DNA of 64,000 bases, from IMG/VR virus record IMGVR_UViG_3300036800_000073, positions 31,584 through 95,583 of that record. One strand, written 5' to 3'. The translations under genes were made by a program, and so were the position numbers. Position 1 is the stretch's first letter, and each line of letters starts with the position of its first letter. The notes below the pieces were generated by a model that did no database searches, was not told the origin of the DNA, and was given only the letters and a program-made list of their open reading frames with translations. Below are positions 27,562 to 37,730 of this stretch, piece by piece. The stretch is from a virus.

Positions 27562-28431
27562 ATGGGAGCACCGATGGGATTCACGGCCAGCTTCGAACGG
27601 ATAAGCCAAAGCCAGATTCTCAAGCAACGGCTCAACATGCTGGCCGCGAAAGCAGTGTATGTGGGGATTCCAGCATCGTCGGCCAATGATCGCAGCAAGA
27701 AGCTGCTGTCGATGGCCGGAACGTTGACCGGCAAGAGCACGACCAGCCGCAAACGGAAAGGCATTCTCGAACGCGCTGCAGACCGCAAGATCACCAATGC
27801 TGAGTTGCTCTTTATTTTCAGCAAAGGATCGCCGATCCGCAATCAGCCACCGCGCCCGGTTCTGGAGCCTGCCATCGAAGCCGATGGCAACCGCCAGGCT
27901 ATCGCGGCGGAGCTGGCGGCGGCGACCAAAGCTACGATGGATGGGGAGACGGGAGAAGCTACCCGGAGGCTCAAGCGGGCCGGTGTTGTGGGTGCGAATG
28001 CGGCGCGCGGATGGTTTACCGATGTCCGCAACGGTTGGGCGCAGAATGCTCCCTCCACCATTCGCGCAAAGCTGGAGAAGATGCGTAGCGGCAAGAAACA
28101 AAATCAGGCGTTCGCCATCCTCGACGCGGCGCAGACCGGCGCGAGGATGCCGCAGGTGGGACAGAATCCGCTTCTCGATTCGATCAATACGCCGGGCGTC
28201 GATACGGGCGCAATGCGAGCGGCCATTACCTGGGTCCTAAAAAATGACACCACCACAACAAACAGTGAACCCGCTCCTAAAAAAACCACCGGCCCGAGCA
28301 ATACCGGGGGAATGGACACCGGGGCCGCGCCTACTGCCCAAGCGGGGGCTAACGAGATTCTTGGAGAGGCTGTCGAGGGCATTGAAGCGGCTGGCGAGGG
28401 TTTAGCCGAAGGCGGCGCAATGTTGCTCTAA
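27562..28431 (+). CDS. neck/virion morphogenesis protein
   Basis: VYVGIP, P.RPVLEP, W..NAPSTI, DTG.MR.AITW. Confidence 0.75.
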   Translation: MGAPMGFTASFERISQSQILKQRLNMLAAKAVYVGIPASSANDRSKKLLSMAGTLTGKSTTSRKRKGILERAADRKITNAELLFIFSKGSPIRNQPPRPVLEPAIEADGNRQAIAAELAAATKATMDGETGEATRRLKRAGVVGANAARGWFTDVRNGWAQNAPSTIRAKLEKMRSGKKQNQAFAILDAAQTGARMPQVGQNPLLDSINTPGVDTGAMRAAITWVLKNDTTTTNSEPAPKKTTGPSNTGGMDTGAAPTAQAGANEILGEAVEGIEAAGEGLAEGGAMLL

Positions 28432-28446
28432 CCGGGGAGTCTGCGG

Positions 28447-29022
28447 ATGAAGCGAACTGCGCCGATCCGCCGCACTCCTCTCCGTCGCTACACGCCGATT
28501 CGCAAGCGCAGACCGGGCACGCGTCGCGGCCAGCCAACGGCCGCAGACAAAAAGATACTGCGCGATGTTATCTATCAACTCTCCGGTGGATGCTGCGAAC
28601 TTCGACTGCACAAGAATTGCAGCGGGGCTCGCCTATTGCCTTCCGAGGGCAGCATCTTCGAACGCTGGCACCTGGTTCACATGAGGGGCAAGCGGCGCTT
28701 TGGATGGCCCATCGAAGGCGAGCAGAGGATGAGGGGCGGCTGCTATTGGTGCCATATTGTAGCCATGCATCAGCAGGCATTGAAGCCGGAGGCATTGGGA
28801 ATGACCGTCGAAACACTACATGCACCGCATGGCACGTCGTTAGTTCCTGGAGCGCCGCGCAAGCCCCATCGGTGGCGCTTCTATCCTTCGCGTAGCGACG
28901 GAGGCATGGAACCGACTGATCCAATCTCCGTCTGCGAAGTGTGCGGCCATGAGTATCAAGGTGAGCATGAGTATCAAGGTGAGGATGACGATACGACATG
29001 CCCACCATCCGCGAGGTCGTGA
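28447..29022 (+). CDS. HNH/NinG-like zinc-binding protein
   Basis: Basic N-terminus, CE......C, H..H, CYWCH. Confidence 0.5.
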   Translation: MKRTAPIRRTPLRRYTPIRKRRPGTRRGQPTAADKKILRDVIYQLSGGCCELRLHKNCSGARLLPSEGSIFERWHLVHMRGKRRFGWPIEGEQRMRGGCYWCHIVAMHQQALKPEALGMTVETLHAPHGTSLVPGAPRKPHRWRFYPSRSDGGMEPTDPISVCEVCGHEYQGEHEYQGEDDDTTCPPSARS

Positions 29023-29025
29023 TTC

Positions 29026-29397
29026 ATGTCCGAGATCGATCTGTCCGAAGTAGTCAATGATTCCACGCTCGCCGAAGAGTACACCATTCAACGCTTGACC
29101 GGCAGCTTTCAGTTTGGCGGCTTTGTACCCACGACCACCAGCATTTCCGGCTATGGCGTCGTCTCCGTGGCTACTGAAGAAGACTTGCAGATGGTTCCTG
29201 AAGGCGACCGCGTAACGGGGTCGATGGTCTTCCACTCCGAGCAGCGCATTTATGAAACGCAACTCGACGCCAACGGATCGCAAAAGATCAGCGACCAGAT
29301 CATCTGGAACTACCAGCTTTACCGCATTCTTCACGTCGGGCCATATCCGAACCGCAATTACTGGAAAGCTATCGGCGCGCGGATGTCTGGACGTTAA
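29026..29397 (+). CDS. head closure (stopper) protein
   Basis: DLQMVPEGDR; position in the neck module. Confidence 0.7.
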   Translation: MSEIDLSEVVNDSTLAEEYTIQRLTGSFQFGGFVPTTTSISGYGVVSVATEEDLQMVPEGDRVTGSMVFHSEQRIYETQLDANGSQKISDQIIWNYQLYRILHVGPYPNRNYWKAIGARMSGR

Positions 29398-29453
29398 AAC
29401 TTTGAGCGCGGGCTGACCTTGACGGGCCGGCCCGATTTTTTCCGGGGGTAGGC

Positions 29454-30266
29454 ATGACGACTACTACCTATCCGGACGGATCCCAGCTCACTTCGACGGC
29501 GCTCACCGATGATCAGATACAGACGGCGCTCCAACATGCGACGTGCCAGATGCTGGGCATTCTGGATCAGCCGTGGAACGTAAGCTTCACGCTCACCAAT
29601 GGGATCGCAGACGCTGGAGTGTCAAGCCTGCTCAATCTTTATCCCGGCCAGGTCGTCGCCTGTGCGGGAGTTCCGGCAGGAACGATCCTGACTGGATTTG
29701 GCGTCGGCAATAGAGTGATCCTGAGTGCGGCGGCAACCGAGAGCGGCACATTCGCAGGCAATGTCACCGATCCTGCAGCACCAGCCAAGGTCCGCATCGG
29801 CTGGCAGAAGCAAGGCCAGCCGGGATGGGGAATCGACGACGATACGTGCATCATTCGCTGCACGACAGTCGATTCCGATTTCGGAAGGATGCGCGACATA
29901 ACGCGCACGGCGGGCGCGACAACCATCACCGAAACCGATGTCTTCACCAGAGCGTGGCGCACGTTCTGGACGTTCTATGGGCCGAACAGCCTGAACCGAG
30001 CGCGAGCGGCGCGATCCGCGCTGGCCAAGATACCGTTCATCGATGATCTGCTGGCCCAAAACAATCTTTATGTAGACCCCTCGATCAGCGAGCCCCTTCG
30101 CGTACCCGAAGAGTTCCAAGGGGAATGGTGGGAGCGCGTCGATTTGTTCGCGTTGTTCAACGAAGAGATCACCGAAACCTTCGTCGTCAACGCTGTCGCA
30201 TCGGTCGAAATCATCGGCTCGACCGAAGCCGGGCCATTTACCGATTTCACCGTATCACTTCCTTGA
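29454..30266 (+). CDS. tail terminator/completion protein with inserted beta domain
   Basis: VRIGWQ, FYGPNS, WWERVDL; precedes the sheath. Confidence 0.7.
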   Translation: MTTTTYPDGSQLTSTALTDDQIQTALQHATCQMLGILDQPWNVSFTLTNGIADAGVSSLLNLYPGQVVACAGVPAGTILTGFGVGNRVILSAAATESGTFAGNVTDPAAPAKVRIGWQKQGQPGWGIDDDTCIIRCTTVDSDFGRMRDITRTAGATTITETDVFTRAWRTFWTFYGPNSLNRARAARSALAKIPFIDDLLAQNNLYVDPSISEPLRVPEEFQGEWWERVDLFALFNEEITETFVVNAVASVEIIGSTEAGPFTDFTVSLP

Positions 30267-30278
30267 AGGAGTCAGCTT

Positions 30279-31931
30279 ATGGCCACCAATCCGCAGCCGT
30301 TGTCGATTATCGCCGATGTAACTATCGTTGTGGACTCTCCTGCGGTGAACGGGCCTCCGTTCAACCAGGGACTCTTTATCGGCACCAGCAGCGCCATCCC
30401 GAGCTATGGCGTCAATCCTCGCGTTCGGAAGTATCTGGCGGCAACGTATGTCACCGCCATGCTCGCGGACGGCTATACGCTGACCTCGCCCGAATTCATC
30501 TGTATGCAGATCTATTTCTCGCAGTCTCCGCAGCCGCAGGCGGGCTGGGCGGGACGACAGGATCTGACAGCCATCCAGTCAGCGGTGCCAAGCGGCCGCA
30601 CCGTGATCGACGGCGCGATGTCGTCGGTCACCGATCCCACGTTTCTGGATTCGGTCACTGCCGACTTCCAAGATGGCGATGTGGGAGCCCAGGTCATCGT
30701 TGTAGGCGCGGGCGTGGCGGGCGTGGATCTGGTCACCACCATTGCCTCCGTCACCAGCACTACCGAGGCCATACTAACGGTTGGAGCCTCAACGACGGTA
30801 GCGGGCGCGGTAGCGGAGATCGGAGCCTACGGCAAGAATTACAAAGTGGGCGATCAGGTCGGCGTCACGCAAGGCGGCGCATCGTTCGGTGTGCTGACTG
30901 TGGCCACCATCGGGCCGGATGGCCAAGTGCTCACGCTCAACACGGCCTTTGGCAAGCAGGGGACCGGCTATGCGATAGCCAGCGGCGTGGCTACGACAGG
31001 CGGGAGCGGAACCGGCCTAGACATCAACATCACCGCCATCGGCGAAACTCCGCTTCAAGCGGCGATTGCCTGCCGCGCGGCCTCACCGTCCTGGTATGCC
31101 TTCATGTGCACCAGCGAAACAACCTCGGATGTCGAGGCGATCTCCGCCTGGGTGCTTTCGCAGATCGGCACCTACTATCTTGCGACGACGCAGGATGTGG
31201 CATCGCTCAATGGCACCACGCCGAGTCTTCTGAGCGTTCTGTTCGGCGCGAGCAGCAAGCGGACCTGGGTCCAGTGGGCGAGCACGCAAAGCGGACTCTA
31301 TCCCAACCAGATTTACTTTACTGCCGCGGTGATGGGATGCGCTATGGCGGCGAACACGCAACTTGCCGGCTCCGCTTACAGCATGAAGTTCTCGGCGGGC
31401 GTCCCTCTCGCCGGTGTCTATGTGGAGCCACTGACCGCCGCGCAGATCGCGAACATCGAAGGCCCGGACACGGATACCGGACCCAACGGGAACCTGTTCA
31501 TCAACTATGCCAATTCCTTCAATGTGCTCGAACAAGGGACGAGTTGTGCATCCGGCCAATTCTTCGACGAGATCCTGAATCTCGACATTCTGGCTTCGAA
31601 CATTCAGTACAACATCCTGAATGTGCTTTCAACGCTGCCCAAGGTTCCGCAGACGGAGCCAGGCCAAGCCCAGCTTGAGCAGGCCGTGAAAGCCGCCCTT
31701 GCTCTATCGGCCTCGACCGGCTTTGTTGCGCCTGGCATCTGGCAGGGCCGAACCGTGCTGGGACTGACGCCTGGTACGCCACTGCCGCAAGGCTACCTGG
31801 TGCAGTCTCCGAAATACTCCACGCAAAGCTCCGCTGACCGGCAGCTACGCAAGGCGATGCCGATCTATGTGTGCCTGATCGAGGCCGGGGCCGTGCACTT
31901 TGTCGTGATCAGCGTATTGGTTCAGCGGTAA
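30279..31931 (+). CDS. tail sheath protein (DUF3383-like)
   Basis: SPEF.....YFSQSPQP, G.FFDEI..LD, KVPQTE.G, GAVHFV. Confidence 0.9.
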   Translation: MATNPQPLSIIADVTIVVDSPAVNGPPFNQGLFIGTSSAIPSYGVNPRVRKYLAATYVTAMLADGYTLTSPEFICMQIYFSQSPQPQAGWAGRQDLTAIQSAVPSGRTVIDGAMSSVTDPTFLDSVTADFQDGDVGAQVIVVGAGVAGVDLVTTIASVTSTTEAILTVGASTTVAGAVAEIGAYGKNYKVGDQVGVTQGGASFGVLTVATIGPDGQVLTLNTAFGKQGTGYAIASGVATTGGSGTGLDINITAIGETPLQAAIACRAASPSWYAFMCTSETTSDVEAISAWVLSQIGTYYLATTQDVASLNGTTPSLLSVLFGASSKRTWVQWASTQSGLYPNQIYFTAAVMGCAMAANTQLAGSAYSMKFSAGVPLAGVYVEPLTAAQIANIEGPDTDTGPNGNLFINYANSFNVLEQGTSCASGQFFDEILNLDILASNIQYNILNVLSTLPKVPQTEPGQAQLEQAVKAALALSASTGFVAPGIWQGRTVLGLTPGTPLPQGYLVQSPKYSTQSSADRQLRKAMPIYVCLIEAGAVHFVVISVLVQR

Positions 31932-32004
31932 ACAACGACGTTTTTCACGGGTCGGCCTTATTTAGGCTTGCGCCACAACAAGCGCGATCAGGAAAGGGCG
32001 AATC

Positions 32005-32445
32005 ATGAGTACCTACGCATTCAAGAATATCGTCGGCAGCTTCACGCACCCGGATGTGGGGCTCTATGCTTTCGCGGGACAGATCGGCGTCAAGCAAATG
32101 ACGATTACCAATTCAGTGGAACGCGGCATGATCGATGTCGCTTCCGATGGCGCAATCATGGTCAGCTATGTGGCCGGGGCAAATGGCACCATTGACATCG
32201 AAATGCAGCAGCAAAGTAGCCTGCACGAGTTCTTGACAACGTGGGCGAATACCGTCTTCACGCTGGCCGACAACGGGGATGCCTCGAACTTCGCAGCGGC
32301 GGCAATCCTGATTAAAGACTTGCTGACCGGACAATCGAAGAGCCTTACCGGCGTCTTCCCGGTCAAGATTCCGGATGTGCCATACGGTCACGCTGGCGCC
32401 ACCCTGACCTGGAGAATGCTGGCCGCAGAAGTTGTGAGCCAGTAA
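32005..32445 (+). CDS. tail tube protein (DUF3277-like)
   Basis: STYAF, ASDG, Q.S..H..L; follows the sheath. Confidence 0.8.
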   Translation: MSTYAFKNIVGSFTHPDVGLYAFAGQIGVKQMTITNSVERGMIDVASDGAIMVSYVAGANGTIDIEMQQQSSLHEFLTTWANTVFTLADNGDASNFAAAAILIKDLLTGQSKSLTGVFPVKIPDVPYGHAGATLTWRMLAAEVVSQ

Positions 32446-32447
32446 GC

Positions 32448-32630
32448 ATGGCTTCGCAGATCCCCAATCTGACACTCGGCGATTGCTCCTGCGAAGGGGA
32501 GCATGAGTGTTTCCATTGCGATCAGAAGTTACCGGACTGGACGCCGGTCTATCTCGAAGGAGACGTTGTGATCGCACATTGCCCGGAGTGTGGCGGGCTC
32601 ACGCCCATGCCGCTTGTCGAAACTAACTAA
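32448..32630 (+). CDS. small zinc-finger protein
   Basis: CFHC...CPEC. Confidence 0.5.
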   Translation: MASQIPNLTLGDCSCEGEHECFHCDQKLPDWTPVYLEGDVVIAHCPECGGLTPMPLVETN

Positions 32631-32642
32631 CCGGAGGTCCAC

Positions 32643-33011
32643 ATGCCAAAAGCGAAACTGCAACCAGTCAATCTCGGGTCGATTGCGCGGGGCGCGGCCA
32701 TGGAATTGTTCGAGCTGGAGATTGCGCGAATCGCCGCCAACATCAACGATCGATCCACTTCCGCCACCGCGACGCGAGAGATCGTGCTGCGCTTCAAATT
32801 CAAGCCTGATCTGGACCGGCACATTGTCGAAGTAGACACATCGTCGAGCAGCAAGATCGCGCCCATCGCCAATCATGCCAGCCGCGCTTATCTGGGCCGG
32901 GATGAGGCCGGCAAGGTCTATGTGTTCGACCAGGACCCGCGCCAGGAAATGCTATTTGAACCGCCAGCCGAAGAGGACAACAACGTAGTCGCCTTCAACC
33001 AAACCGCCTAA
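32643..33011 (+). CDS. conserved phage protein (YfdP-like), partner of the downstream gene
   Basis: GGAGG RBS; GA..E.F..E...I..NI.D..T.....R.I.L. Confidence 0.55.
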   Translation: MPKAKLQPVNLGSIARGAAMELFELEIARIAANINDRSTSATATREIVLRFKFKPDLDRHIVEVDTSSSSKIAPIANHASRAYLGRDEAGKVYVFDQDPRQEMLFEPPAEEDNNVVAFNQTA

Positions 33012-33031
33012 CAACCGATGGAGGTCGGAAA

Positions 33032-33865
33032 ATGATTAAAGAAGCTATCCAGGAAATCGCTCAACTCGCGGAGCGAGCGTCGTCCTTTGACATGCTCATT
33101 GAAAGCGACAGCATCTACAATGGAAAATCTGTTTCCTATGTATACAAGGTTGACCCCACCTTGCATGGCCGCAGGATTGGCGAGGTCATATCTCCGTTCC
33201 GTCCCGCAACGCTCCAAGTCAATACGCTGACCGGGTTCTTGGATGCGATCCAGGCAGGTATAGCCACACCGCCGCTCTCCGATGAGCCCGCAACGCCCAA
33301 GACATTCTCGGGCAGTTCGGCCCAGACCGTGCCCGACGGATTCTTGGTACACGTCGAGAATTATCTGACGGTAACGCTGAAAAGTACGATCTGCGATCAG
33401 TATGGAGTACGCGATGTGCTGCTCCAGGCAAAGCATATACCCATCGACGCGTTCCGCTTCGACGATTACTATGCCGATCCGGCTAAGTTCATCATCGCGC
33501 TCCAGGTGTCGTTCCTTCCCACCGAGGAGCTACTGAACCTGATCAAGATCGCCAGCAACTTGAAGGCCGGCAAGTCGATTCATGTTCAGGACGATGGATT
33601 CTCCCAAGCCATCACAGTCAAGGTAGGCGAAGTGAGTTCGGCGGAAATCAAGATTCCGCCGCGCATCAAGCTGATCCCGATACGCACCTTTTCCGAGGCC
33701 GCGCCAGTGCAAAGCGAGTTTCTGATTCGCTTCCGGCAGACCGCGGAGGAAACGCCATCCATCGCGCTGTTCAACGTTGACGGAAACAAGTGGCAAGGCG
33801 AGACGATGCGCTCGATCAAGAAGTATTTGGGCGAGCATCTAAAGAACGTGCCAATCCTGGCCTAG
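33032..33865 (+). CDS. conserved phage protein (YfdQ/DUF2303-like)
   Basis: TLTGFLD, FIIALQ..F, DDG.SQ...VK.G, L.P.RTF.E...Q.S.F..R. Confidence 0.55.
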   Translation: MIKEAIQEIAQLAERASSFDMLIESDSIYNGKSVSYVYKVDPTLHGRRIGEVISPFRPATLQVNTLTGFLDAIQAGIATPPLSDEPATPKTFSGSSAQTVPDGFLVHVENYLTVTLKSTICDQYGVRDVLLQAKHIPIDAFRFDDYYADPAKFIIALQVSFLPTEELLNLIKIASNLKAGKSIHVQDDGFSQAITVKVGEVSSAEIKIPPRIKLIPIRTFSEAAPVQSEFLIRFRQTAEETPSIALFNVDGNKWQGETMRSIKKYLGEHLKNVPILA

Positions 33866-33891
33866 AACATTACTCATTGTCCGGGGCCGGT

Positions 33892-34320
33892 ATGGAACAA
33901 CGCATTCCCCACAAAGATGTAACTATCGGCGCTCACGTTTTCCGGCTGCGGAAGATGGATGCGCGAACCGGGACCTGGCTCTACTCTCTGCTGACCGCCA
34001 AGGCCAGTCCGAGCGGTGAGCCAGTCACCCTCCAGCAACTCATCAATGCTTTCCACCTGTGCACGAAGGATGAGTTCACCCTGATTCAGAGCGAGGCGCT
34101 GAAACGCATCTCGGTCATCGAGGATCGCGAGGGCAAAGAGTTCGAGCTGGTCATTCTGTCACCCACGGGCAGCGGCGCGTTCTCCTTCGATTTCCTCAAT
34201 GAAGAGGTCACTACCGTCTTTCAGCTCACGGACCTGCAAGTGGTCTTCAATGTCACCCCTTTTTTTCAAGACAGCGCCTCGACTTCGGAGCCGCCGAACC
34301 TCCAGGCTGGGATCCGGTAG
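33892..34320 (+). CDS. tail assembly chaperone (G-like)
   Basis: Precedes the tape measure gene; ends near a slippery T-run. Confidence 0.7.
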   Translation: MEQRIPHKDVTIGAHVFRLRKMDARTGTWLYSLLTAKASPSGEPVTLQQLINAFHLCTKDEFTLIQSEALKRISVIEDREGKEFELVILSPTGSGAFSFDFLNEEVTTVFQLTDLQVVFNVTPFFQDSASTSEPPNLQAGIR

Positions 34321-34499
34321 AGTATCCGTCGCTTCATCCCATGCTCATGCGCCCGGTCGCCGCTGGCCTGTGGCGTCTCCATGAAACCTTCGATGGCACC
34401 TATATCGTGGACGACCTTCTCGACATCTGCGAAGTGTTAGACGTGCAAACCGAGAATCGCGCACGCAATCAGAAGTGGATCGAGGATCACCATGGATAA
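34260..34499 (+). CDS. -1 frameshift extension of the tail chaperone (GT-like)
   Basis: T TTT TTT at 34260-34266; the -1 frame reads ...MRPVAAGLWRLHETFDGTYIVDDLLDICEVLDVQTEN... to TAA 34499. Confidence 0.75.
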   Translation, partial: FFSRQRLDFGAAEPPGWDPVEYPSLHPMLMRPVAAGLWRLHETFDGTYIVDDLLDICEVLDVQTENRARNQKWIEDHHG

Positions 34500-36210
34500 C
34501 GTCCTTGAATCCTACCTGGTAAAACTCGGCACGACAGTCGATACCGGGTCGTTCAACAAGTTCAATGCCATTCTGAAACAGGCCGACAATTCTGTGGTGG
34601 CGATGACCACCGGCGTGGTGAGAGAGTTCGCCAAGGTAGACGCGGCGATCATAGGCAGCTTTGCCGCCGTGGGCACCGGCGTCATGGCGCTGGCCGATAA
34701 GACCGCGATGGCCGATCAGAAATATCGGCTGTTCGGCCTGCGGATGCTCATGGGCAAGGATCAGGCCCGCGCCATGCAAATGGCGCTAGACAGCCTGGGA
34801 GCGACCATGGATGAGGTCGCTTACGATCCGGAGTTGAATAAGCGATTCCAGGATTTGATGGAGCGCAACATCGCGCTCGGCAAATCGCTGGGACCGCTGT
34901 TCGACAAAGATATGATAGGCATTCGCAGCCTGCGCACCGAGTTCAAGCAATTCGGGACGGAATTGGAATTTCTTTCCATGGGAGCGGTTGGCAAGCTCTA
35001 TGAAAAGCTGGGCTATGGATCGGGCGATCTGCTGGCAGATCTGCGCAAGCTGAATGATACGTTTGTGGACCAGTTGCCGATGTGGGCAGACAAAGCATCG
35101 TCGTCCCTAGTGCCGGTCTGGAAAGATTTCCTGGTGGTCATGGGCGATGTCAAGACCAATGCAGAATCGGTCAGCATAGCTTTCACAAACATGGTGGGCA
35201 TACTGTCGGGTGACCAATCGATTCAGGGTGCGACCTTCGATATCGACAAGCTAGCCACGGCGCTGTTGCATGTGGCCGATGCCGCGACCAAGGTAGTCAC
35301 TACCACGGCGGGAGTCGTCAATGAAGGGGCGAAAGACGCGACCGCCATGTCCTACTTCCTGTCGTATCAGTGGAAGGCGCAACAGGCGCGATTTGCGCGT
35401 TCGCGCGCGCGGGATGCGCAAGATCCAGAGTCCGCGCAAATGTTGCAAAGCCACGCCGACGCACTCCAGGCCGACGCCGATGCCGATTGGAACAAATACA
35501 TAGGCACAGCGCAAACGACTGCCGGATACAACGCGAAGTGGGGCGGCGACCAGGCTGGCGTGAACGCGGCCACCGCGCCGGTTCTGGGATTGAACCCATT
35601 AAAGGGAATCGCCATCCCAGCCAGCGTGCTTGCGGCGGCGGATCAGTGGCAGAGCACCCATGCTGGGGGCCGGAGCTTCACCGGATTGAGCAAGACGCTC
35701 GATCCTACTGCCCTCTCGAAGTGGATCAACGACGCTGCTGCGGCAAGCGGGATCGAGCCGAATATGCTGGCCGCGATCATGCTGCGGGAGTCGAGCGGCA
35801 ATCCAAATGCCGTGAATCTGGACACGGGCGCTGCCGGCCTGGGACAATTCATGTCCGGTACGGCCGCACAATATGGGCTGAAAGATCGCACCAATCCGCA
35901 AGATAGTTTAATGGCGATGGGCCGCTATCTCAGCGATCTCCTAAAAGCCAACGGCGGCGATTGGAACGCGACCCTCAAGAGTTATGGAGGATTCACTACC
36001 AAAGATCCGAGCGGATACATCGGGGACATCGGGCAGATTTACAGTAGGTTGGGCGGCGGCGGGATCACGATTCAAAATCAGACCATCGTGGTGCCTCCGG
36101 GAACCTCCGAGGCCGGGGCATCGGCGATTGTGTCGGATGCACTGCGCAACGTGTTGGCGACTCGTGATAAGCGCTTGATGGCGCAGACAGCGGGAGGAGC
36201 GTATCCCTGA
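34492..36210 (+). CDS. tape measure protein with C-terminal lytic transglycosylase (SLT)
   Basis: SYLVKLG N-terminus; helical body; RESSGNPNAV..GAAGLGQFM..TA..YG. Confidence 0.85.
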   Translation: MDNVLESYLVKLGTTVDTGSFNKFNAILKQADNSVVAMTTGVVREFAKVDAAIIGSFAAVGTGVMALADKTAMADQKYRLFGLRMLMGKDQARAMQMALDSLGATMDEVAYDPELNKRFQDLMERNIALGKSLGPLFDKDMIGIRSLRTEFKQFGTELEFLSMGAVGKLYEKLGYGSGDLLADLRKLNDTFVDQLPMWADKASSSLVPVWKDFLVVMGDVKTNAESVSIAFTNMVGILSGDQSIQGATFDIDKLATALLHVADAATKVVTTTAGVVNEGAKDATAMSYFLSYQWKAQQARFARSRARDAQDPESAQMLQSHADALQADADADWNKYIGTAQTTAGYNAKWGGDQAGVNAATAPVLGLNPLKGIAIPASVLAAADQWQSTHAGGRSFTGLSKTLDPTALSKWINDAAAASGIEPNMLAAIMLRESSGNPNAVNLDTGAAGLGQFMSGTAAQYGLKDRTNPQDSLMAMGRYLSDLLKANGGDWNATLKSYGGFTTKDPSGYIGDIGQIYSRLGGGGITIQNQTIVVPPGTSEAGASAIVSDALRNVLATRDKRLMAQTAGGAYP

Positions 36211-37025
36211 TGGCGACCGGCATCCTACTTCCCCAACTGACAAATCTGGCGTTCTCCGCCTCCTCGAAAATAATTATTGCGAACGATACACCCGATCTTG
36301 CTGTTCCAGTAACATCGATGGGGCCGTGGGCTCCGCCGCAATGGTCGAAGCCGGCGCTGACCATTCTCACCGTGCCGGGGTCGGTCAATCCATCCACCTA
36401 CGTTCCTGGTACGCCAGTGGCGACGGCGGGGTCGAGCGCCAGAAACTATGTGTTCGATGCGGTGATCCGTGCCAGTCATCGCCGCACGGTCAGGAAAACG
36501 CAGCATCCGGTCATCAGCGGCGCGAATATCTCCGATCACGCTTACAACGAGCCGGCCAAACTTACGCTTGAAATCGGCATGAGCGATGCCATGGCTTCTT
36601 TCGCGTCGAGCGGAGCCTGGGTCGGCTGGTCAACCAAAAGCGTGTCGGCATGGCAAATACTCAAGGGACTGCAAACCAGCCGTGCCTTGGTCATGGTGCA
36701 AACGCGGCTCGACACCTATGACAACATGCTCATCGAGGATTGTTTTACGCTGGACGAGAACAAAACGCTTCATGGGCTGCGGGCCACCATCATCTTCGGC
36801 GAAATCATTACTGCCGGCGTTCTGTCCGTGCCCGCCTCCAGCGCCAGATCGCAAACCAGCGGCAATACTTCCACCGGAACAGTGCAAGGATTTCCTCCTG
36901 ATCCATCGCAACTCGCGCAGTATGCCCTCCCATCCGCGTCCTATCCGGATATTGGTACGTCGGATGTTCCCGGTGCGGGAAACGTCAGCAGTAACAACTT
37001 CGGCCAAGTTCCCTTTATTCCGTGA
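36210..37025 (+). CDS. baseplate/tail tube initiator protein
   Basis: HPV.SGANISDHAY.EP, V.T.L..Y.NMLI. Confidence 0.75.
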   Translation: MATGILLPQLTNLAFSASSKIIIANDTPDLAVPVTSMGPWAPPQWSKPALTILTVPGSVNPSTYVPGTPVATAGSSARNYVFDAVIRASHRRTVRKTQHPVISGANISDHAYNEPAKLTLEIGMSDAMASFASSGAWVGWSTKSVSAWQILKGLQTSRALVMVQTRLDTYDNMLIEDCFTLDENKTLHGLRATIIFGEIITAGVLSVPASSARSQTSGNTSTGTVQGFPPDPSQLAQYALPSASYPDIGTSDVPGAGNVSSNNFGQVPFIP

Positions 37026-37037
37026 AGCGAGGCCGAT

Positions 37038-37472
37038 ATGAGTCTGCAAGTCATTCCGCTTTCAATCGCACCCAATCAGAACCTGACCGCAGCTCTGGTT
37101 GTAGACGGGATTGCGCTTTCACTTAATCTGAGTATCGGCTACAACTCGATGGCCGGATATTGGATGATGCGGATCGCGGATGCCAATAACAATTTGCTGC
37201 TCGATTCCGTGCCCATGGTGACCGGATCGTGGCCTGCCGCCAATCTGCTGGAGCAGTTCCGCTATCTCAATATCGGGAGCGCCTATGTGGTCAACGTGTC
37301 CAACATCAGCCCCATTGGGGGCGGCGGATCGGGCACAGGATATGGGCAAGGGGGCTACGGGATCGGCGGTTACGGCGGCGGAGCGGTCGGCTTGAGCGGA
37401 ATAGATTATCCCAACGATACCAACCTGGGCAGCGCCTTCGCCTTATGGTGGGGCGATACGCCAGCCGTGTGA
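37038..37472 (+). CDS. baseplate protein
   Basis: YN....YW.M.I.D...P.VTG...NLL.QF.YL.IG; Gly-rich insert. Confidence 0.7.
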   Translation: MSLQVIPLSIAPNQNLTAALVVDGIALSLNLSIGYNSMAGYWMMRIADANNNLLLDSVPMVTGSWPAANLLEQFRYLNIGSAYVVNVSNISPIGGGGSGTGYGQGGYGIGGYGGGAVGLSGIDYPNDTNLGSAFALWWGDTPAV

Positions 37473-37493
37473 AGATTGCGTCGCTCCGCAGGC

Positions 37494-37730
37494 TCACCGG
37501 TGTCGGATGGAATCGGGGGCAATCTGGAGTATGTCGCCAAGAGCGGCTTTGATCTTATCGAACAGCGCAGGATCACACCGGGGAATTGCGATATAGGCCA
37601 TCTGACTGTCGAACATCGCTTCGATCATGTCGGTGAGAAGCTGGCGGGCGCTGATATCCGTCTGTTGAGCCAAGTGTTTAACCGCTTCCGCGGTAACTGG
37701 CTTCAAGGACAGGGTGATGTTGAAGCCCAT
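37494..37730 (-). CDS. antisense small protein, possibly ribbon-helix-helix
   Basis: GAGGAG RBS; fills the gap between baseplate genes; ITLSL-helix-helix pattern. Confidence 0.5.
   Translation of the reverse strand: MGFNITLSLKPVTAEAVKHLAQQTDISARQLLTDMIEAMFDSQMAYIAIPRCDPALFDKIKAALGDILQIAPDSIRHR

Noticed and set aside
28948-28983. 18-bp duplication (HEYQGE twice), and GEQ repeats in the portal tail near 14380
   Set aside because: Short in-frame slippage repeats in low-complexity tails with no evident function.
30125-31678. 517-aa Arg-rich alternative-frame ORF, and similar long overlaps such as 22206-23489 and 43914-44870
   Set aside because: These overlap well-supported structural genes and have the composition of GC-rich off-frame or antisense translations.
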